A stretch of 64,000 bases of DNA from Spirochaetia bacterium (GCA_965140585.1 OZ223269.1:1056001-1120000); one strand, 5' to 3'; positions 1 to 11,206 are shown, numbered from the stretch's first letter. Numbers and translations: made by a program. The notes: generated from the sequence alone by a model not told the origin.

Positions 1-399
1 GGTTGTCACGCAGGGAGCTGGGAAATCCTCATCAGCACACATATCGCATTTATACATCATTCTGTTACGGAATACCGGGGCATTATAGACGCAGGCTTTA
101 AGACAGGCTCGGCAGCCTATACATTTTTCACTTAAAAGCAGGACCAGACCGTCTGATTCCCGTTTGTACAGGGCCTCTGTCGGACAGACCGGTACGCAGG
201 CAGGTTCCGTACAGTGCATACAGGATGATGTGACAGTTTCACTTTTTACTTCGGGAAATACTCCGTACCATATATTTTTTACGGTGCGGTATTGAAGTCC
301 AGATTCCGCAGCTTTCCAGTTTCTGCAGGCTGTCTCACAGGCATTGCACTGAATACAGAGCTCACCGTTAAATATAAAACTTTTTTCAGTTCTACTCAT
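1..399 (-). CDS. 4Fe-4S dicluster electron-transfer subunit (DmsB/NrfC-like), runs off the window edge
   Basis: Manual translation from ATG at 399: MSRTEKSFIFNGELCIQCNACETAC..., further Cys clusters CMHCTEPACVPVCP and CIGCRACLKACVY; start overlaps the stop of the Mo-oxidoreductase. Confidence 0.88.
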   Translation of the reverse strand, partial: MSRTEKSFIFNGELCIQCNACETACRNWKAAESGLQYRTVKNIWYGVFPEVKSETVTSSCMHCTEPACVPVCPTEALYKRESDGLVLLLSEKCIGCRACLKACVYNAPVFRNRMMYKCDMCADEDFPAPCVTT

Positions 400-2656
400 A
401 TCTGCTTACCTCAACAAGGGTCTGACTAGACATTGCCGTAATGAGCGGGTCATATGCTTTTTCGGGATCTACGCTGTAAAGCAGGTTTACATTCGCCCCG
501 CCGTCAAGAACTGTATTTTCCTTAAGTCCTAGCTCGGGACAGCCCTGCCATGAACCATGCAGCATCATAACCGTATCGGGCCTGATTCCGGGATAGTATT
601 CAGCCTTTACTTTAATCCATCCATGCGGTGATTCAACCTTTACCCATTCACCGTTTTCAATTTGTCTTTCAGCAGCGGTTTCCGGGTGAATATGAAGCAG
701 AGGATGGGGCTGCATCTCTCTAAGTATTGGAACATTGCGCTGCCATGAGGCGGTGAACATCTTTGCCGTATGATAATCAGATAGCACAAGCGGATACTTC
801 GAAGTAAGTTCAGGTGTTCCTGTTATACTCTCTGGCGGCTCACGCCATTCCGGAAGAGGATTGAATCCCTCTTTTTCAAAAGTCGTATTATATAATGCGA
901 CTTTCCCCTGAGGCAGATAGGGCGGATTTCCGAAGCTGGTACTTTTTGATGCAAAAACTTTTTCGTACTTCTCATATGCCGGTTTTACATCGGGAATTTC
1001 AAAATGTCGGCCTATGGGAAGTTTTCTTAGTTCTGATATACTCATGCCATAAGGTTCAAGCATAAAATTCTGGCATGCATCCATGTCACCATTCCAGAAA
1101 TCATCGCCGTACCCCATAACTTTGCCCAGATCCAGAAAGAATTCGTAGGTCGATTTATAATCACCAAGAGGCTCTACTACAGCGTTTCTGGCCATAAGCA
1201 GATTTCCCCTTGCTTCGAACGGATGATTTGTCTCATACATTGAGGCCGTCGGCAGAACTATATCTGCGTAATCGATATCCGCCGTGCGTGTAACATCTAT
1301 CACCACATAAAAATCCAGTTTTTTGAGAGCTTTTATAACATTCCTTGTACCCCTGGTACTTAATGACGGCTGAGTTCCGGGCGATATTATTGTGCGTATA
1401 GGATAGGGTTTCTCTGTTAAAACACTTTCTATTATCCGGAAATACGCAGATGATGTCCCTTCCAGAAACGGCTGGAATGCCGGAGGGAATTCAGGCCCTA
1501 CCAGTTTGGATACCATTTCAGGGGTATAGCGTTCTGGCATATTGACTGATTTAGGCCTGGGGATTCCCGGAACGGCCCCGGGCGGTCCGCCGCCGAATAT
1601 ATTGCTGCCTTCATGATCCAGATGACCTGTTATTGCCATCATAATTGCAACTGCGCGGATAGCATCATTAGCAGCGGGCATATGCTCAACACCGTTTCCC
1701 ATATCAATCAGGGCTTTCGGGGTGTCTGCGTACAGCCTTGCAACCTCGATTATCTTACCTTTCGGGACACCGCAAATATTCTCACCCCAGGATGGAGTAT
1801 ATTTCTGGACGTGCTCTTTGAGTTCAGTAAAACCATAACACCATTTTTTTACAAACTCTTCATCATAGAGCTTCTCATTTATTATTACATGGAGCATTGA
1901 TAGAGCCAATGCAGCATCTGTACCAGGCCTGAGAGGCATCCAGATATCAGACATTCCCACATCAGGTTCAACAGATGGTTTAACAGCTATTATCTTTGCT
2001 CCACGCTGTTTAGCAGCAATGAAATCTTTTGCGATGGTCATTGCAGGGCCTGAATAAATCGGCTGACGTCCCCATAGAATAATCAGCTCAGTGTTTTTGT
2101 AGTCACAGGCCGGGGAGGCTCCTATTGTGTAGGCATATGAAAAGGCTCTCTGCATGGCGCAGATTCCACTGTGGCCGTAGTTAGGGCTGCCGTGGGAAAT
2201 CAGAAAACGCTGGATAAAGTCACTATATGTTCGTCGTGCAGGCGAAAGGATAGCAAGAGATTCAGGTCCGTAGAGCATTTTCTGTTCTTTAAGCTTTTCG
2301 GCAATAATACCAATGGCTTCATCCCATGTAATCTCAGCGAACTTTCCTTCACCTTTTTTACCTGTCCGTTTAAGCGGAGTTCTCAGCCGCTGGGATGAAT
2401 ACAGCCATTGTGGAGCTGCCTGACCCTTTGGACATAAAGCGCCGCGGTTAACCGGAGACTCTTTCATTCCCGCAGCCCTTGTAAAAATGCCGTCTTTTAT
2501 AAATGCATAGATCCCGCATCCGGCGGTCGGGCCGCACATTGCACAGAAAGTCGGAACTATCCTTTCACCGGTTTTCTCACCAATTGAAAGAGCTTCTTCA
2601 AAACATAATCCACGCTGCCGGCTGATTTTTTCTTCATCATTTTTATTCATGCTCAT
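392..2656 (-). CDS. Molybdopterin (bis-MGD) oxidoreductase catalytic subunit, DMSO-reductase superfamily, no obvious Tat signal
   Basis: N-terminal CAMCGPTAGC...CPKG Fe-S motif, RPGTDAALAL, ADIVLP, C-terminal IHPETA...GEWVKVESPHG dinucleotide-binding domain. Confidence 0.9.
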   Translation of the reverse strand: MSMNKNDEEKISRQRGLCFEEALSIGEKTGERIVPTFCAMCGPTAGCGIYAFIKDGIFTRAAGMKESPVNRGALCPKGQAAPQWLYSSQRLRTPLKRTGKKGEGKFAEITWDEAIGIIAEKLKEQKMLYGPESLAILSPARRTYSDFIQRFLISHGSPNYGHSGICAMQRAFSYAYTIGASPACDYKNTELIILWGRQPIYSGPAMTIAKDFIAAKQRGAKIIAVKPSVEPDVGMSDIWMPLRPGTDAALALSMLHVIINEKLYDEEFVKKWCYGFTELKEHVQKYTPSWGENICGVPKGKIIEVARLYADTPKALIDMGNGVEHMPAANDAIRAVAIMMAITGHLDHEGSNIFGGGPPGAVPGIPRPKSVNMPERYTPEMVSKLVGPEFPPAFQPFLEGTSSAYFRIIESVLTEKPYPIRTIISPGTQPSLSTRGTRNVIKALKKLDFYVVIDVTRTADIDYADIVLPTASMYETNHPFEARGNLLMARNAVVEPLGDYKSTYEFFLDLGKVMGYGDDFWNGDMDACQNFMLEPYGMSISELRKLPIGRHFEIPDVKPAYEKYEKVFASKSTSFGNPPYLPQGKVALYNTTFEKEGFNPLPEWREPPESITGTPELTSKYPLVLSDYHTAKMFTASWQRNVPILREMQPHPLLHIHPETAAERQIENGEWVKVESPHGWIKVKAEYYPGIRPDTVMMLHGSWQGCPELGLKENTVLDGGANVNLLYSVDPEKAYDPLITAMSSQTLVEVSRYE

Positions 2657-2769
2657 AATAATTTCAGTATAATATCATATATCATTTTTTATATGTTTAA
2701 CAAATTGAAAAAGTTATTCTGCAATCAATCAATTTACATAAAATCTGTTTTATATAAACGGAGGGGTTT

Positions 2770-4314
2770 ATGACAATTTGGAGTTTTTCTGCCGATGGCT
2801 ATGACGGGAACCTTGTTCGAATTGAGGTTGATTTGAGACGGGGTATTCCAGGTGTTGATATTATCGGGCTTCCTGACAGTGCAGTACTCGAATCAAGGGA
2901 CAGAATAAGAGCGGCTATACGCAACAGCGGGTATGAATTCCCAAGGGAAAGAGTGCTGATTAACCTGGCTCCCGCAGGATTACGAAAAGAAGGCGCATCG
3001 TTTGATCTGGCCCTTGCTGCAGGAATACTGACAGCATCAGGCGGAATTAAAAATACACCTGATAACGGAATACTGATAATGGGAGAGCTGATGCTCTCAG
3101 GTGAAATTAGACCGGTGAACGGAGTATTGTCTGCCGTCTCAGCTGCGTATAATAAAGGAATAAAAACTATTGTTGTTCCTGATGCTAATATGGCTGAAGG
3201 AGCATCTCTGGAAGGCGGGATTGTGTACGGGATCTCATCCTTGAATAATCTTCAAAAACTATTTTATGACATTGCTGAGGGAAAAAGCACAAAGAAACCG
3301 GAATTACTGGGAGAAAAATACAGGGCAGGCGAAAACCGAATTGTTGATTTTGCCGATATTCGCGGGCTGCCGGTAGTAAAAAGAGCTCTTGAGATAGCCG
3401 CTGCAGGAAGACATAATCTTTTTCTGTTCGGACCTCCGGGGGGAGGAAAAACCATGGCAGCCCGAAGCCTTGCCGGGATTCTTCCGGAATTGAGTAATGA
3501 GGAAGCTATAGAGGTAACCAAGATATATTCTACCGCAGGCCTGCTTCCTGCAGAAGCCGGACTCATGAAGCAGGCACCTTTCCGCGAACCCCACCATTCC
3601 GCCTCAGAGGAAGGCTTAATCGGTGGCGGCCGGGGAATAAAGCCCGGTGAGGTCTCTCTGGCACATCATGGTGTACTGTTTCTTGATGAAACCCCTGAGT
3701 TCCGGAAAAACCTGCTGCAGTCTCTGCGTGAACCCTCAGAAGAAGGACATGTCGATCTTGTACGTGCAGGTAAGGTGATATCTTTCCCAGCTGATTTTCA
3801 GCTTGTAATGGCGGCCAATCCCTGTCCCTGCGGTAACCTTGGAAAGCAGGACGGTATATGTACCTGCAGCAAAAAAGAAGTTATGAATTACTGGAAAAAG
3901 ATAGGCGGTGCGATGATGGACAGAATTGATATCAGAGTACCTGTTGAACCAGTGGATCCTTCTGAGTTAACAGGCCAAAATAAGGAAAACAGCAATGATG
4001 TAATAGATAAAATTGAACGAGCTGTACTTATCCAGAAGAAGCGTTTTTCCGGTGAAAACTATAAGCGCAATGCACGCATTGCCCCCTCTGGAATACGAAC
4101 TTATTGCAGGCTTGAACAGGAGGCGGAAGCGGAATTCCTGAATGCTTCAAGGCTGCTTGGGCTTTCATCAAGAGCCTGTGTTTCGGTATTGAAAACTTCA
4201 CGAACTATAGCAGATCTTGCCGGCAGAGAAGGTCTTGTGACTACCGATGATGTATTTGAGGCTATTCAGCATCGCCGTTACGGTGAACGGGATTTTTTCT
4301 GGGAAAAGGTGTAA
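2770..4314 (+). CDS. comM: YifB/ComM family Mg-chelatase-like AAA+ ATPase
   Basis: INLAPAGLRKEGASFDLA, Walker A GPPGGGKT, PFREPHHSAS, GEVSLAHHGVLFLDE, ANPCPCG. Confidence 0.93.
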   Translation: MTIWSFSADGYDGNLVRIEVDLRRGIPGVDIIGLPDSAVLESRDRIRAAIRNSGYEFPRERVLINLAPAGLRKEGASFDLALAAGILTASGGIKNTPDNGILIMGELMLSGEIRPVNGVLSAVSAAYNKGIKTIVVPDANMAEGASLEGGIVYGISSLNNLQKLFYDIAEGKSTKKPELLGEKYRAGENRIVDFADIRGLPVVKRALEIAAAGRHNLFLFGPPGGGKTMAARSLAGILPELSNEEAIEVTKIYSTAGLLPAEAGLMKQAPFREPHHSASEEGLIGGGRGIKPGEVSLAHHGVLFLDETPEFRKNLLQSLREPSEEGHVDLVRAGKVISFPADFQLVMAANPCPCGNLGKQDGICTCSKKEVMNYWKKIGGAMMDRIDIRVPVEPVDPSELTGQNKENSNDVIDKIERAVLIQKKRFSGENYKRNARIAPSGIRTYCRLEQEAEAEFLNASRLLGLSSRACVSVLKTSRTIADLAGREGLVTTDDVFEAIQHRRYGERDFFWEKV

Positions 4315-4319
4315 AAAAA

Positions 4320-4349
4320 TACCCCGTCCAGAATCAGATGGACGGGGTA
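4320..4349. terminator. Intrinsic terminator between convergent genes
   Basis: TACCCCGTCCA...TGGACGGGGTA perfect inverted repeat, preceded by an A-tract (U-tract on the - strand). Confidence 0.85.
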
Positions 4350-4373
4350 AAGGAGTAAGCCTTCGGCTTACTA

Positions 4374-5372
4374 TTATTTGATTTCGTCTTCGAACTGTCC
4401 GCCGCCGACTCTAGGTCTGACAACCTTACCCTGTTTCTCGGCTTCTCTAACCAGTTCTGCTTCTTCCTTAGCCCAGTCCCAGAAGTAGTTATCATGGGGA
4501 GAGTGCTCAGTTGCAGTTACGAACATCTCTGTTGAGAATGCATTTCTTGCTTCAGTTGCAATAATCTGTTTCCAGGGTGCTCTAATCTGCTGAGTAGTGA
4601 TTCTTCTTGTTACACGGGAACCGGTTCTCATGATAAGTTCGGCAATTTCCCATGCTCTTTTGTAGCATGCTTCTGTATCAGCACAGATTTCATTAACCAT
4701 ACCGAGGGCAAGTGCCTTTCGTGCTGTAATAATCTCGCCGGTGAGCTCTGCGTATGCAAATCTCTTGTATCCCATGAGTTCTCTCCATGCAAACTGGATA
4801 CCGTCACCTGGAACCATATTTACACGAAAGTGCATTTCTGTAGTCCATGCATCTTCAGTACAGAGTGTAATGTCATTGTACAGAACAAGGTCTGTATGGA
4901 AGGCAGCACCGTTCCAAACACCGATAGTGGGAACTTCTACATCAAAAATCTGACCTTCAATGTCATTAATTCCATCATAGTACTGGTATTCATACATCTT
5001 CCATGCTTCTGATTCCTTGGAGCTGAATTCGGTAGCTTCAGGATCCTTGCTTGAATCATTCGGATCAGGACGTCCCATTGATTTGATAAAATCCTTACCT
5101 GTACCGCCGAGAATAATTACTTCATTTTCAGGGTCACGTCCGGCCCAGTCAAAAAAGTAGTGAAGAGCCTGATGTGCAGGTGCTCCCCATCTCATTGAAT
5201 CTCCGTCAGTATGAAGTCTAGCTTCAAGAATTCCGTTTTCTCTTTTCATTATGAAGCAGTGTTTCAGTTTTTCCGAATACTCTTCAAAGGTCATGTGCGG
5301 GATAGTTCCCAGTTCCTCATGCGGAGTAAATTTTCTTTTACCTGCATCGGATTCATAATTTGCTTTAATCAT
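4374..5372 (-). CDS. Enoyl-CoA hydratase/isomerase (crotonase) family, resembling 6-oxocamphor/beta-diketone hydrolases
   Basis: KRENGILEARLHT, DPENEVIILGGTG, VPGDG, LTGEIITARKALALGMVNEI. Confidence 0.75.
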   Translation of the reverse strand: MIKANYESDAGKRKFTPHEELGTIPHMTFEEYSEKLKHCFIMKRENGILEARLHTDGDSMRWGAPAHQALHYFFDWAGRDPENEVIILGGTGKDFIKSMGRPDPNDSSKDPEATEFSSKESEAWKMYEYQYYDGINDIEGQIFDVEVPTIGVWNGAAFHTDLVLYNDITLCTEDAWTTEMHFRVNMVPGDGIQFAWRELMGYKRFAYAELTGEIITARKALALGMVNEICADTEACYKRAWEIAELIMRTGSRVTRRITTQQIRAPWKQIIATEARNAFSTEMFVTATEHSPHDNYFWDWAKEEAELVREAEKQGKVVRPRVGGGQFEDEIK

Positions 5373-5531
5373 ATTAGATCTCCAAACATAACTTTAGGTT
5401 ATTAAGTTATTACATTATAGAATGTCTAGTTTTATAAGGCAAGGGTAAATAATCAGAAATCAAAAAGAAATTTTATCCACAGTCTGTTGATTTTTGATAC
5501 TATAAGTTATATTTATAAACGGAGGCGGTTA

Positions 5532-6755
5532 ATGAAACTTTACAGCCGTGGACAGGTTCTCCTGATAACTTCGTCTGCATGTTTACTAGTATTTTTTCTT
5601 CTGTTCGGCTTCGGTTTTTTTAACCGCAGCGACAAACCTGTTACAGTAGAAAAAGTACCTGAAACAGAAACCGTTTTTGAACTTCAGACTAATGTAATTG
5701 CCGACAATAACATCCTGCCTGTATCAGAATATGAAAAATACTGTGATGATGAATTAATCAACATAAAAGTTTACGAAAGACTTAATGAGGGTGTTGTCAA
5801 TATTTCAACAGAAACACTGGGAATAAACCTTTTTCTCGAACCGGTTCCCATGGAAGGCGGTACCGGCTCCGGCTCTATTATAGATAAACGCGGATATGTA
5901 CTGACAAATTTTCATGTCGTTGAAAATGCCTACAAGGTTTATATTACCCTGTATGACGGAAGCCATTTTGAAGGTGAGGTAATAGGAAGAGACCGTGAGA
6001 ATGATCTTGCAATAGTTAAATTTGATCCTGACAACAAGGAACTGGCTACCATACCCTTCGGCCGATCTAATGATTTGAGAGTAGGTCAGAAGGTCCTGGC
6101 TATCGGCAACCCCTACGGGTATGACCGTACACTTACTACAGGTATCGTTTCCGGCCTGGGAAGACCTGTCAAAACCAATAACGGACTTGTTATTCAGGGA
6201 ATGATTCAGACCGACGCCTCTATCAATCCAGGGAACTCGGGAGGACCATTAATTGACTCTACAGGAAGAATGATCGGCATCAACACCATGATCTACAGTC
6301 CAACCGGAGGTTCAGTTGGAATTGGTTTTGCAGTACCTGTTGATTCAGCAATAAGAGTTGTTCCTGAACTTATTAATTATGGGGAAGTTAAACGTGGCTG
6401 GATAAGCATTATTCCAATTCAGCTTGACAGAAATATTGTCCGGTATGCAGAACTGACAGTTGATAAGGGTCTGCTTGTATCAGAAGTGGAGAAAAACGGT
6501 AACGCAGACAGGGCAGGTATTAACGGAGGCGACACTTCACGACCTGTCCGCTACGGCCGTGATACTATCTATCTTGGCGGTGATATTATCGTTGAGATTG
6601 ACGGTTTTAAAACTGAATCAATTGCGGACATGTTTACTGCACTTGAAGATAATAAGCCCGGTGAATTGATCGATATTGTAGTTGTAAGAAAGAAACAGAA
6701 GAAAACTCTTCAGGTGGAACTTTCTGACCGTTCTGAAGGCCTTTCCTGGGATTAA
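5532..6755 (+). CDS. htrA: HtrA/DegP family trypsin-like serine protease with PDZ domain
   Basis: LTNFHVV, DLAIVK, QTDASINPGNSGGPL; N-terminal TM; GGAGG RBS precedes ATG 5532 (track start 5487 is too far upstream). Confidence 0.92.
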   Translation: MKLYSRGQVLLITSSACLLVFFLLFGFGFFNRSDKPVTVEKVPETETVFELQTNVIADNNILPVSEYEKYCDDELINIKVYERLNEGVVNISTETLGINLFLEPVPMEGGTGSGSIIDKRGYVLTNFHVVENAYKVYITLYDGSHFEGEVIGRDRENDLAIVKFDPDNKELATIPFGRSNDLRVGQKVLAIGNPYGYDRTLTTGIVSGLGRPVKTNNGLVIQGMIQTDASINPGNSGGPLIDSTGRMIGINTMIYSPTGGSVGIGFAVPVDSAIRVVPELINYGEVKRGWISIIPIQLDRNIVRYAELTVDKGLLVSEVEKNGNADRAGINGGDTSRPVRYGRDTIYLGGDIIVEIDGFKTESIADMFTALEDNKPGELIDIVVVRKKQKKTLQVELSDRSEGLSWD

Positions 6756-6758
6756 AAT

Positions 6759-8747
6759 ATGAATGAATTTAAGGTAAAAGCTGATTTCAGTCCTGCCGGC
6801 GACCAGGGGCAGGCAATAAAAAGCCTGGCTGACGGGATCCGCAGCGGGAAGAAACTTCAGACACTCAAAGGTGTTACAGGTTCAGGCAAAACCTTTACCA
6901 TGGCCAGTATTATTCAGGAAGTACAGCTTCCGACCCTTATTCTAAGTCATAATAAAACACTTGCGGCTCAGCTGTACCGTGAGTTTCTTGATTTCTTCCC
7001 TGATAATGCAGTCGAATACTTTGTATCCTACTACGATTATTACCAGCCTGAAGCTTATGTACCTTCAAAAGATCTGTATATTGAAAAAGATTCAGACATC
7101 AACCAGGAAATAGACCGAATGCGGCTATCTGCCACATCATCACTTATTGAGCGGAAAGATGTAATAGTAATAGCAACGGTTTCCTGTATTTACGGCCTTG
7201 GAAACCCCGAAGCTTTCAAAGGGATGAGAGTCTCTGTTCACAAGGGAGATGAAACCGGATTTGACAGAATAAGCAGGGAACTGATTTCACTTCAGTATGA
7301 CCGCAACAACGATGTTCTAAAACGGGGCTGTTTCCGCATACGCGGCGATGTTATGGAGATTTATCCAGCATACATGAAGGCCGTTTACCGCATTGAGCTG
7401 GAGTGGGATAAGGTTTCAAGAATAACAATGACACATACCGTTACCGGAGAAGTTCTTGAAGAACTCGACCGCTGTACTATTTACCCGGCAAAACACTTTG
7501 TTATGCCTGAAGATCAGATGAAGCCTGCAATAGATAATATCAGGGCGGAACTTGAAGAGCGTTACAACGAACTTATGAGGGAAAATAAACTGGTTGAAGC
7601 TCAGAGGATAAAAAGCCGGACTGAATATGATATTGAGATGCTAGAAGAGCTCGGATACTGCTCCGGTATAGAAAATTATTCGAGGCCTCTGTCAGGCCGC
7701 AGGGAAGGTGAGCGGCCGGCTGTTTTAATTGATTATTTTCCAGATAATTTTCTAACCTTTATTGATGAATCCCATGTTACGCTGCCGCAGATTGGCGGTA
7801 TGTATGAGGGCGACAGATCCAGAAAAATGAATCTTGTTAATTTCGGTTTCAGGCTGCCGTCAGCTCTGGATAACAGACCGCTGTATATAGCAGAATTTGA
7901 AGCACTCACTGACAGAGTCATCTATGTTTCAGCAACACCAGGTAAGAAGGAAATTGACAGATCCGAGAATATTGCAGAGCAGGTGATCAGACCCACAGGA
8001 CTTCTCGATCCTGAGATTGAGGTAAGACCTACACATGGCCAGATCGAGGATCTTTACTCTGAAATAAAGATTAGAATTGAACGCAATGAAAGAGTCCTCG
8101 TTACGACTCTTACCAAGAAGATGTCCGAGGATCTCACAGACTACCTGTCAAACCTGGGGATCAAGGTTAGATATCTTCATTCAGAGATTGAAACCATTGA
8201 ACGTGTTGAAATTCTCAAAGAACTTCGTATTGGCACTATCGATGTAATTATTGGAATCAACCTGCTTAGAGAAGGCCTTGATCTTCCTGAAGTATCATTG
8301 ATAGCAATTCTTGATGCCGATAAAATAGGTTTTCTTAGGTCTGCAACTTCCCTAATTCAGACAATCGGAAGAGCCGCAAGAAACGCCGCCGGTCAGGTTA
8401 TTATGTATGCTGACCGGGAATCAGACGCTATGCGTGAGGCTATCGGAGAAACCGAGCGGAGACGTGCCATTCAGCAGGCATACAACGAAGAACATGGAAT
8501 TACACCGACAACTATCAAGAAAGCGGTTCAGGATATACTTACCAGAAAACGGGAAGAAAAGCAGAAGGATGAAAAAATCAGCATTGATATCATGCGTGAT
8601 AATTTCAATGTAATGATAGTCAAGGAAAGAAAGGCTTTCATCAAAGCCCTTGAAAAAGAGATGTTTGAACTTGCCAAAAATCTGGAGTTTGAAAAAGCGG
8701 CCTTTGTAAGGGATGAGATTGAAAAGCTGAAACAGCTTGGCGATTAG
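6759..8747 (+). CDS. uvrB: Excinuclease ABC subunit B
   Basis: [39 protein letters not shown]-terminal UVR domain [11 protein letters not shown]. Confidence 0.98.
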   Translation: MNEFKVKADFSPAGDQGQAIKSLADGIRSGKKLQTLKGVTGSGKTFTMASIIQEVQLPTLILSHNKTLAAQLYREFLDFFPDNAVEYFVSYYDYYQPEAYVPSKDLYIEKDSDINQEIDRMRLSATSSLIERKDVIVIATVSCIYGLGNPEAFKGMRVSVHKGDETGFDRISRELISLQYDRNNDVLKRGCFRIRGDVMEIYPAYMKAVYRIELEWDKVSRITMTHTVTGEVLEELDRCTIYPAKHFVMPEDQMKPAIDNIRAELEERYNELMRENKLVEAQRIKSRTEYDIEMLEELGYCSGIENYSRPLSGRREGERPAVLIDYFPDNFLTFIDESHVTLPQIGGMYEGDRSRKMNLVNFGFRLPSALDNRPLYIAEFEALTDRVIYVSATPGKKEIDRSENIAEQVIRPTGLLDPEIEVRPTHGQIEDLYSEIKIRIERNERVLVTTLTKKMSEDLTDYLSNLGIKVRYLHSEIETIERVEILKELRIGTIDVIIGINLLREGLDLPEVSLIAILDADKIGFLRSATSLIQTIGRAARNAAGQVIMYADRESDAMREAIGETERRRAIQQAYNEEHGITPTTIKKAVQDILTRKREEKQKDEKISIDIMRDNFNVMIVKERKAFIKALEKEMFELAKNLEFEKAAFVRDEIEKLKQLGD

Positions 8748-8756
8748 TAAATTAAA

Positions 8757-9329
8757 TTAATAAAAAACTGCAATACTTACTTTTGAAATCACTGTCCCAA
8801 GCGCAGCACCTGCCAGAACATCACCTGGATAGTGAACACCGTTGTAAATTCTGGAAAAACCTATAAGACCAACGTAAATAATTCCAGCCGGACTAAGCCA
8901 GGGGAATATATACAGTACAAAGGTTGAGAATACGGCAGCGGCAGCAGTGTGACCGGAGGGAAAGCTGAACTCATCAGGCGGCATTATAAGGGAATCTACA
9001 TCATCAAATTTAACAAATGGCCTGATTCTCTTGACATTTTTCTTAACCAGAAAATAAATGCTTCCCTCTACGACAAATGCGGCAACAAAGGCAGGAAGAA
9101 GCCGGAGTGCTTCAGAAGTTTTAAAGATAATATATAGGATTATTAATCCGGCGTATACCCAGCCATCTCCGATTCGTGAAACAATATAAAAGAAGTGATC
9201 CAAGAATTTATGACCGGATAACCCGTAGATTCTGTTAAAAAGAAATGAATCAGTCCGGGTAACCCCTCTAAACAATTTCATCATTCTATTCAGTTTTCTC
9301 CTGCTTAAATATGAACTAATCAGCTTCAA
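8757..9329 (-). CDS. PAP2 family membrane phosphatase
   Basis: K..VKRIRP, SFPSGH, SRIYNGVHYPGDV motifs. Confidence 0.9.
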   Translation of the reverse strand: MKLISSYLSRRKLNRMMKLFRGVTRTDSFLFNRIYGLSGHKFLDHFFYIVSRIGDGWVYAGLIILYIIFKTSEALRLLPAFVAAFVVEGSIYFLVKKNVKRIRPFVKFDDVDSLIMPPDEFSFPSGHTAAAAVFSTFVLYIFPWLSPAGIIYVGLIGFSRIYNGVHYPGDVLAGAALGTVISKVSIAVFY

Positions 9330-10230
9330 AAAGCAAGGGATCTACAGGAAAAGCTGAGACATGGGGGTAGTATTCAATATCATAAACGTCATCAATGTAA
9401 TATGAATAGTTATTATAGTATTCAAGCGCCCATGCAGTAAAAGCAAACGCTTCAGTCATGGTGATATAACCGTCAAAATTATAATCAGCGTATTGAGCAG
9501 TCTGAAGCAGAAAGTATGTAAATATTCCATGACCATATTCAGATTTTTCCAAAGATTCTTCATTAGCTCCTGCAGCTGACAGGACGGTATATGAAGCATT
9601 TGATTCAGCTCCAGTAAGATATATTGAAAAACTTTCATTTATAAAAGATATTGTATTCTCATCTTCATGATCAAAATCTGCAGGAATATAGTCAACAGTA
9701 ATATTATTATCAACAAATCCGCCGGAATTACAGCTGTCAAGAATTACAGTTATTAATCCTGCCCCTGAGGATTCGAGCATAGTTTTAAGCTTTTCAGAAT
9801 TTATAGCAGTTTCAGTATAATCAAGACTCGCTACATCATAAGGAAAAATCCAATAGGAATCATTAACTTCTCCACCATGACCGGAATAATAGAAGAGAAG
9901 CCTATCATTTTCATCCATTATAGCTGCGTAAGCATCAATATCAGCCTGAATCTGAGTTATAGTCACTTCAGTTGAAAATCTTAGAGTCACATTCCAGCCT
10001 TTTGATTCAAGTAGGTCAGCTACTGACTGGGCGTCATCATCAGTTAGATTTAAATCAGGAAGATAAAAATTCTGGCCCAAATAATTATTCTCGTCGTATA
10101 AATAATCTGCAACGCCATATACCAGTGCATATGTTTCTGCCGGGTTAGGTTCTGAGCAGGAGAGTGTAAAACTGACAATGGCCGGAATTATCAGGATAAA
10201 AAATCGTACTTCAGATATTTTTCTTTTCAT
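9316..10230 (-). CDS. Caspase-family (peptidase C14) lipoprotein
   Basis: Lipobox FTLS-C; YALVYGVADY; catalytic FYYSGHG and ILDSCNSG; HGIFTYFLL. Confidence 0.85.
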   Translation of the reverse strand: MKRKISEVRFFILIIPAIVSFTLSCSEPNPAETYALVYGVADYLYDENNYLGQNFYLPDLNLTDDDAQSVADLLESKGWNVTLRFSTEVTITQIQADIDAYAAIMDENDRLLFYYSGHGGEVNDSYWIFPYDVASLDYTETAINSEKLKTMLESSGAGLITVILDSCNSGGFVDNNITVDYIPADFDHEDENTISFINESFSIYLTGAESNASYTVLSAAGANEESLEKSEYGHGIFTYFLLQTAQYADYNFDGYITMTEAFAFTAWALEYYNNYSYYIDDVYDIEYYPHVSAFPVDPLLFEAD

Positions 10231-10763
10231 AGACTGATCCTAAGTCCGGCGTTCAATGATAAAAATAAGATTCCATCGGTCCTGATATAATATTTAAGCG
10301 GAAGAATGGCATCCAGTTGGATGGATTCTGACCGATAAACAGTCCACCCCGGTGTCAGTTTAACTGACGGAATGAAAAAGTAATTAGGTGTCAGATTGTA
10401 TTTATAAAATCCGGCCAAAAGATCCAGTGCTAAAGAGAATGATGCAGGATTTTCAAAATTGTACAGAAACTCAAGGCCTCCTTCCAACCCGCTGAATCCT
10501 GGATAACTCCATCCTCCGCCCATTCCAGAACTTCCTGTGTATAAACCTGAAACAGAAATTCCTGCGCCAAACTGCGGGCTGAATATTAACAGACCTGCTG
10601 CGGAAATTTCTCCCTCAGGCTGAGGTTTCGGATAAAAATCAGAGACAGAAGTTATATGGAAACCGCCTGCTGTTGAAAGCGTTCCGGTGAAAAAATCGTC
10701 AATAGAAAAGACTTTGAAACCGATGCATAAAAGAAGAAAGAATGTTATTATAAGTTTCTTCAT
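10227..10763 (-). CDS. Exported hypothetical protein, probable small outer-membrane beta-barrel
   Basis: Signal peptide, alternating beta-strand pattern, C-terminal AGLRISL; overlaps the caspase gene start. Confidence 0.5.
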   Translation of the reverse strand: MKKLIITFFLLLCIGFKVFSIDDFFTGTLSTAGGFHITSVSDFYPKPQPEGEISAAGLLIFSPQFGAGISVSGLYTGSSGMGGGWSYPGFSGLEGGLEFLYNFENPASFSLALDLLAGFYKYNLTPNYFFIPSVKLTPGWTVYRSESIQLDAILPLKYYIRTDGILFLSLNAGLRISL

Positions 10764-10804
10764 TACTTTAATTTACTTCTAATAGGCGGATTTTCAAAGG
10801 CTTT

Positions 10805-11206
10805 ATGAAAAAACTTCGATTTTTTTACATTATGATGATCACTGTTTTTATTGTACCTTTTTCATTGAGCGGATGCAAAGAAAAAGAGGAAGTAATTGGA
10901 GATATTTACCTTCCGCCGGCACCGCTTATTTCGGAATCTACCAGCTGGGCAGTTATTGATTCTTCATATCTCAGGCTGCGTGAACGACCTGAAGAAAATG
11001 CCAGAGTCGTCACAACACTTTGGCGGGGATATGTTCTTGAAATCATTTCAAGAGGTACGACAAGGGTCTTTATTGAAGATCAGGAAGATTACTGGTACCA
11101 GATAACCTATGACGGTCTTCAGGGGTGGGTATTCGGTTCCTACCTGTCTCTGTATGATACCAAGGATGATGCTGAAAAAGCCGCCCGCAGCGTACGCGAA
11201 CAGTAG
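10805..11206 (+). CDS. SH3-domain lipoprotein
   Basis: Lipobox SLSG-C; LRLRERP...YWYQITYDGLQGWVFGSYL bacterial SH3 pattern. Confidence 0.78.
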   Translation: MKKLRFFYIMMITVFIVPFSLSGCKEKEEVIGDIYLPPAPLISESTSWAVIDSSYLRLRERPEENARVVTTLWRGYVLEIISRGTTRVFIEDQEDYWYQITYDGLQGWVFGSYLSLYDTKDDAEKAARSVREQ

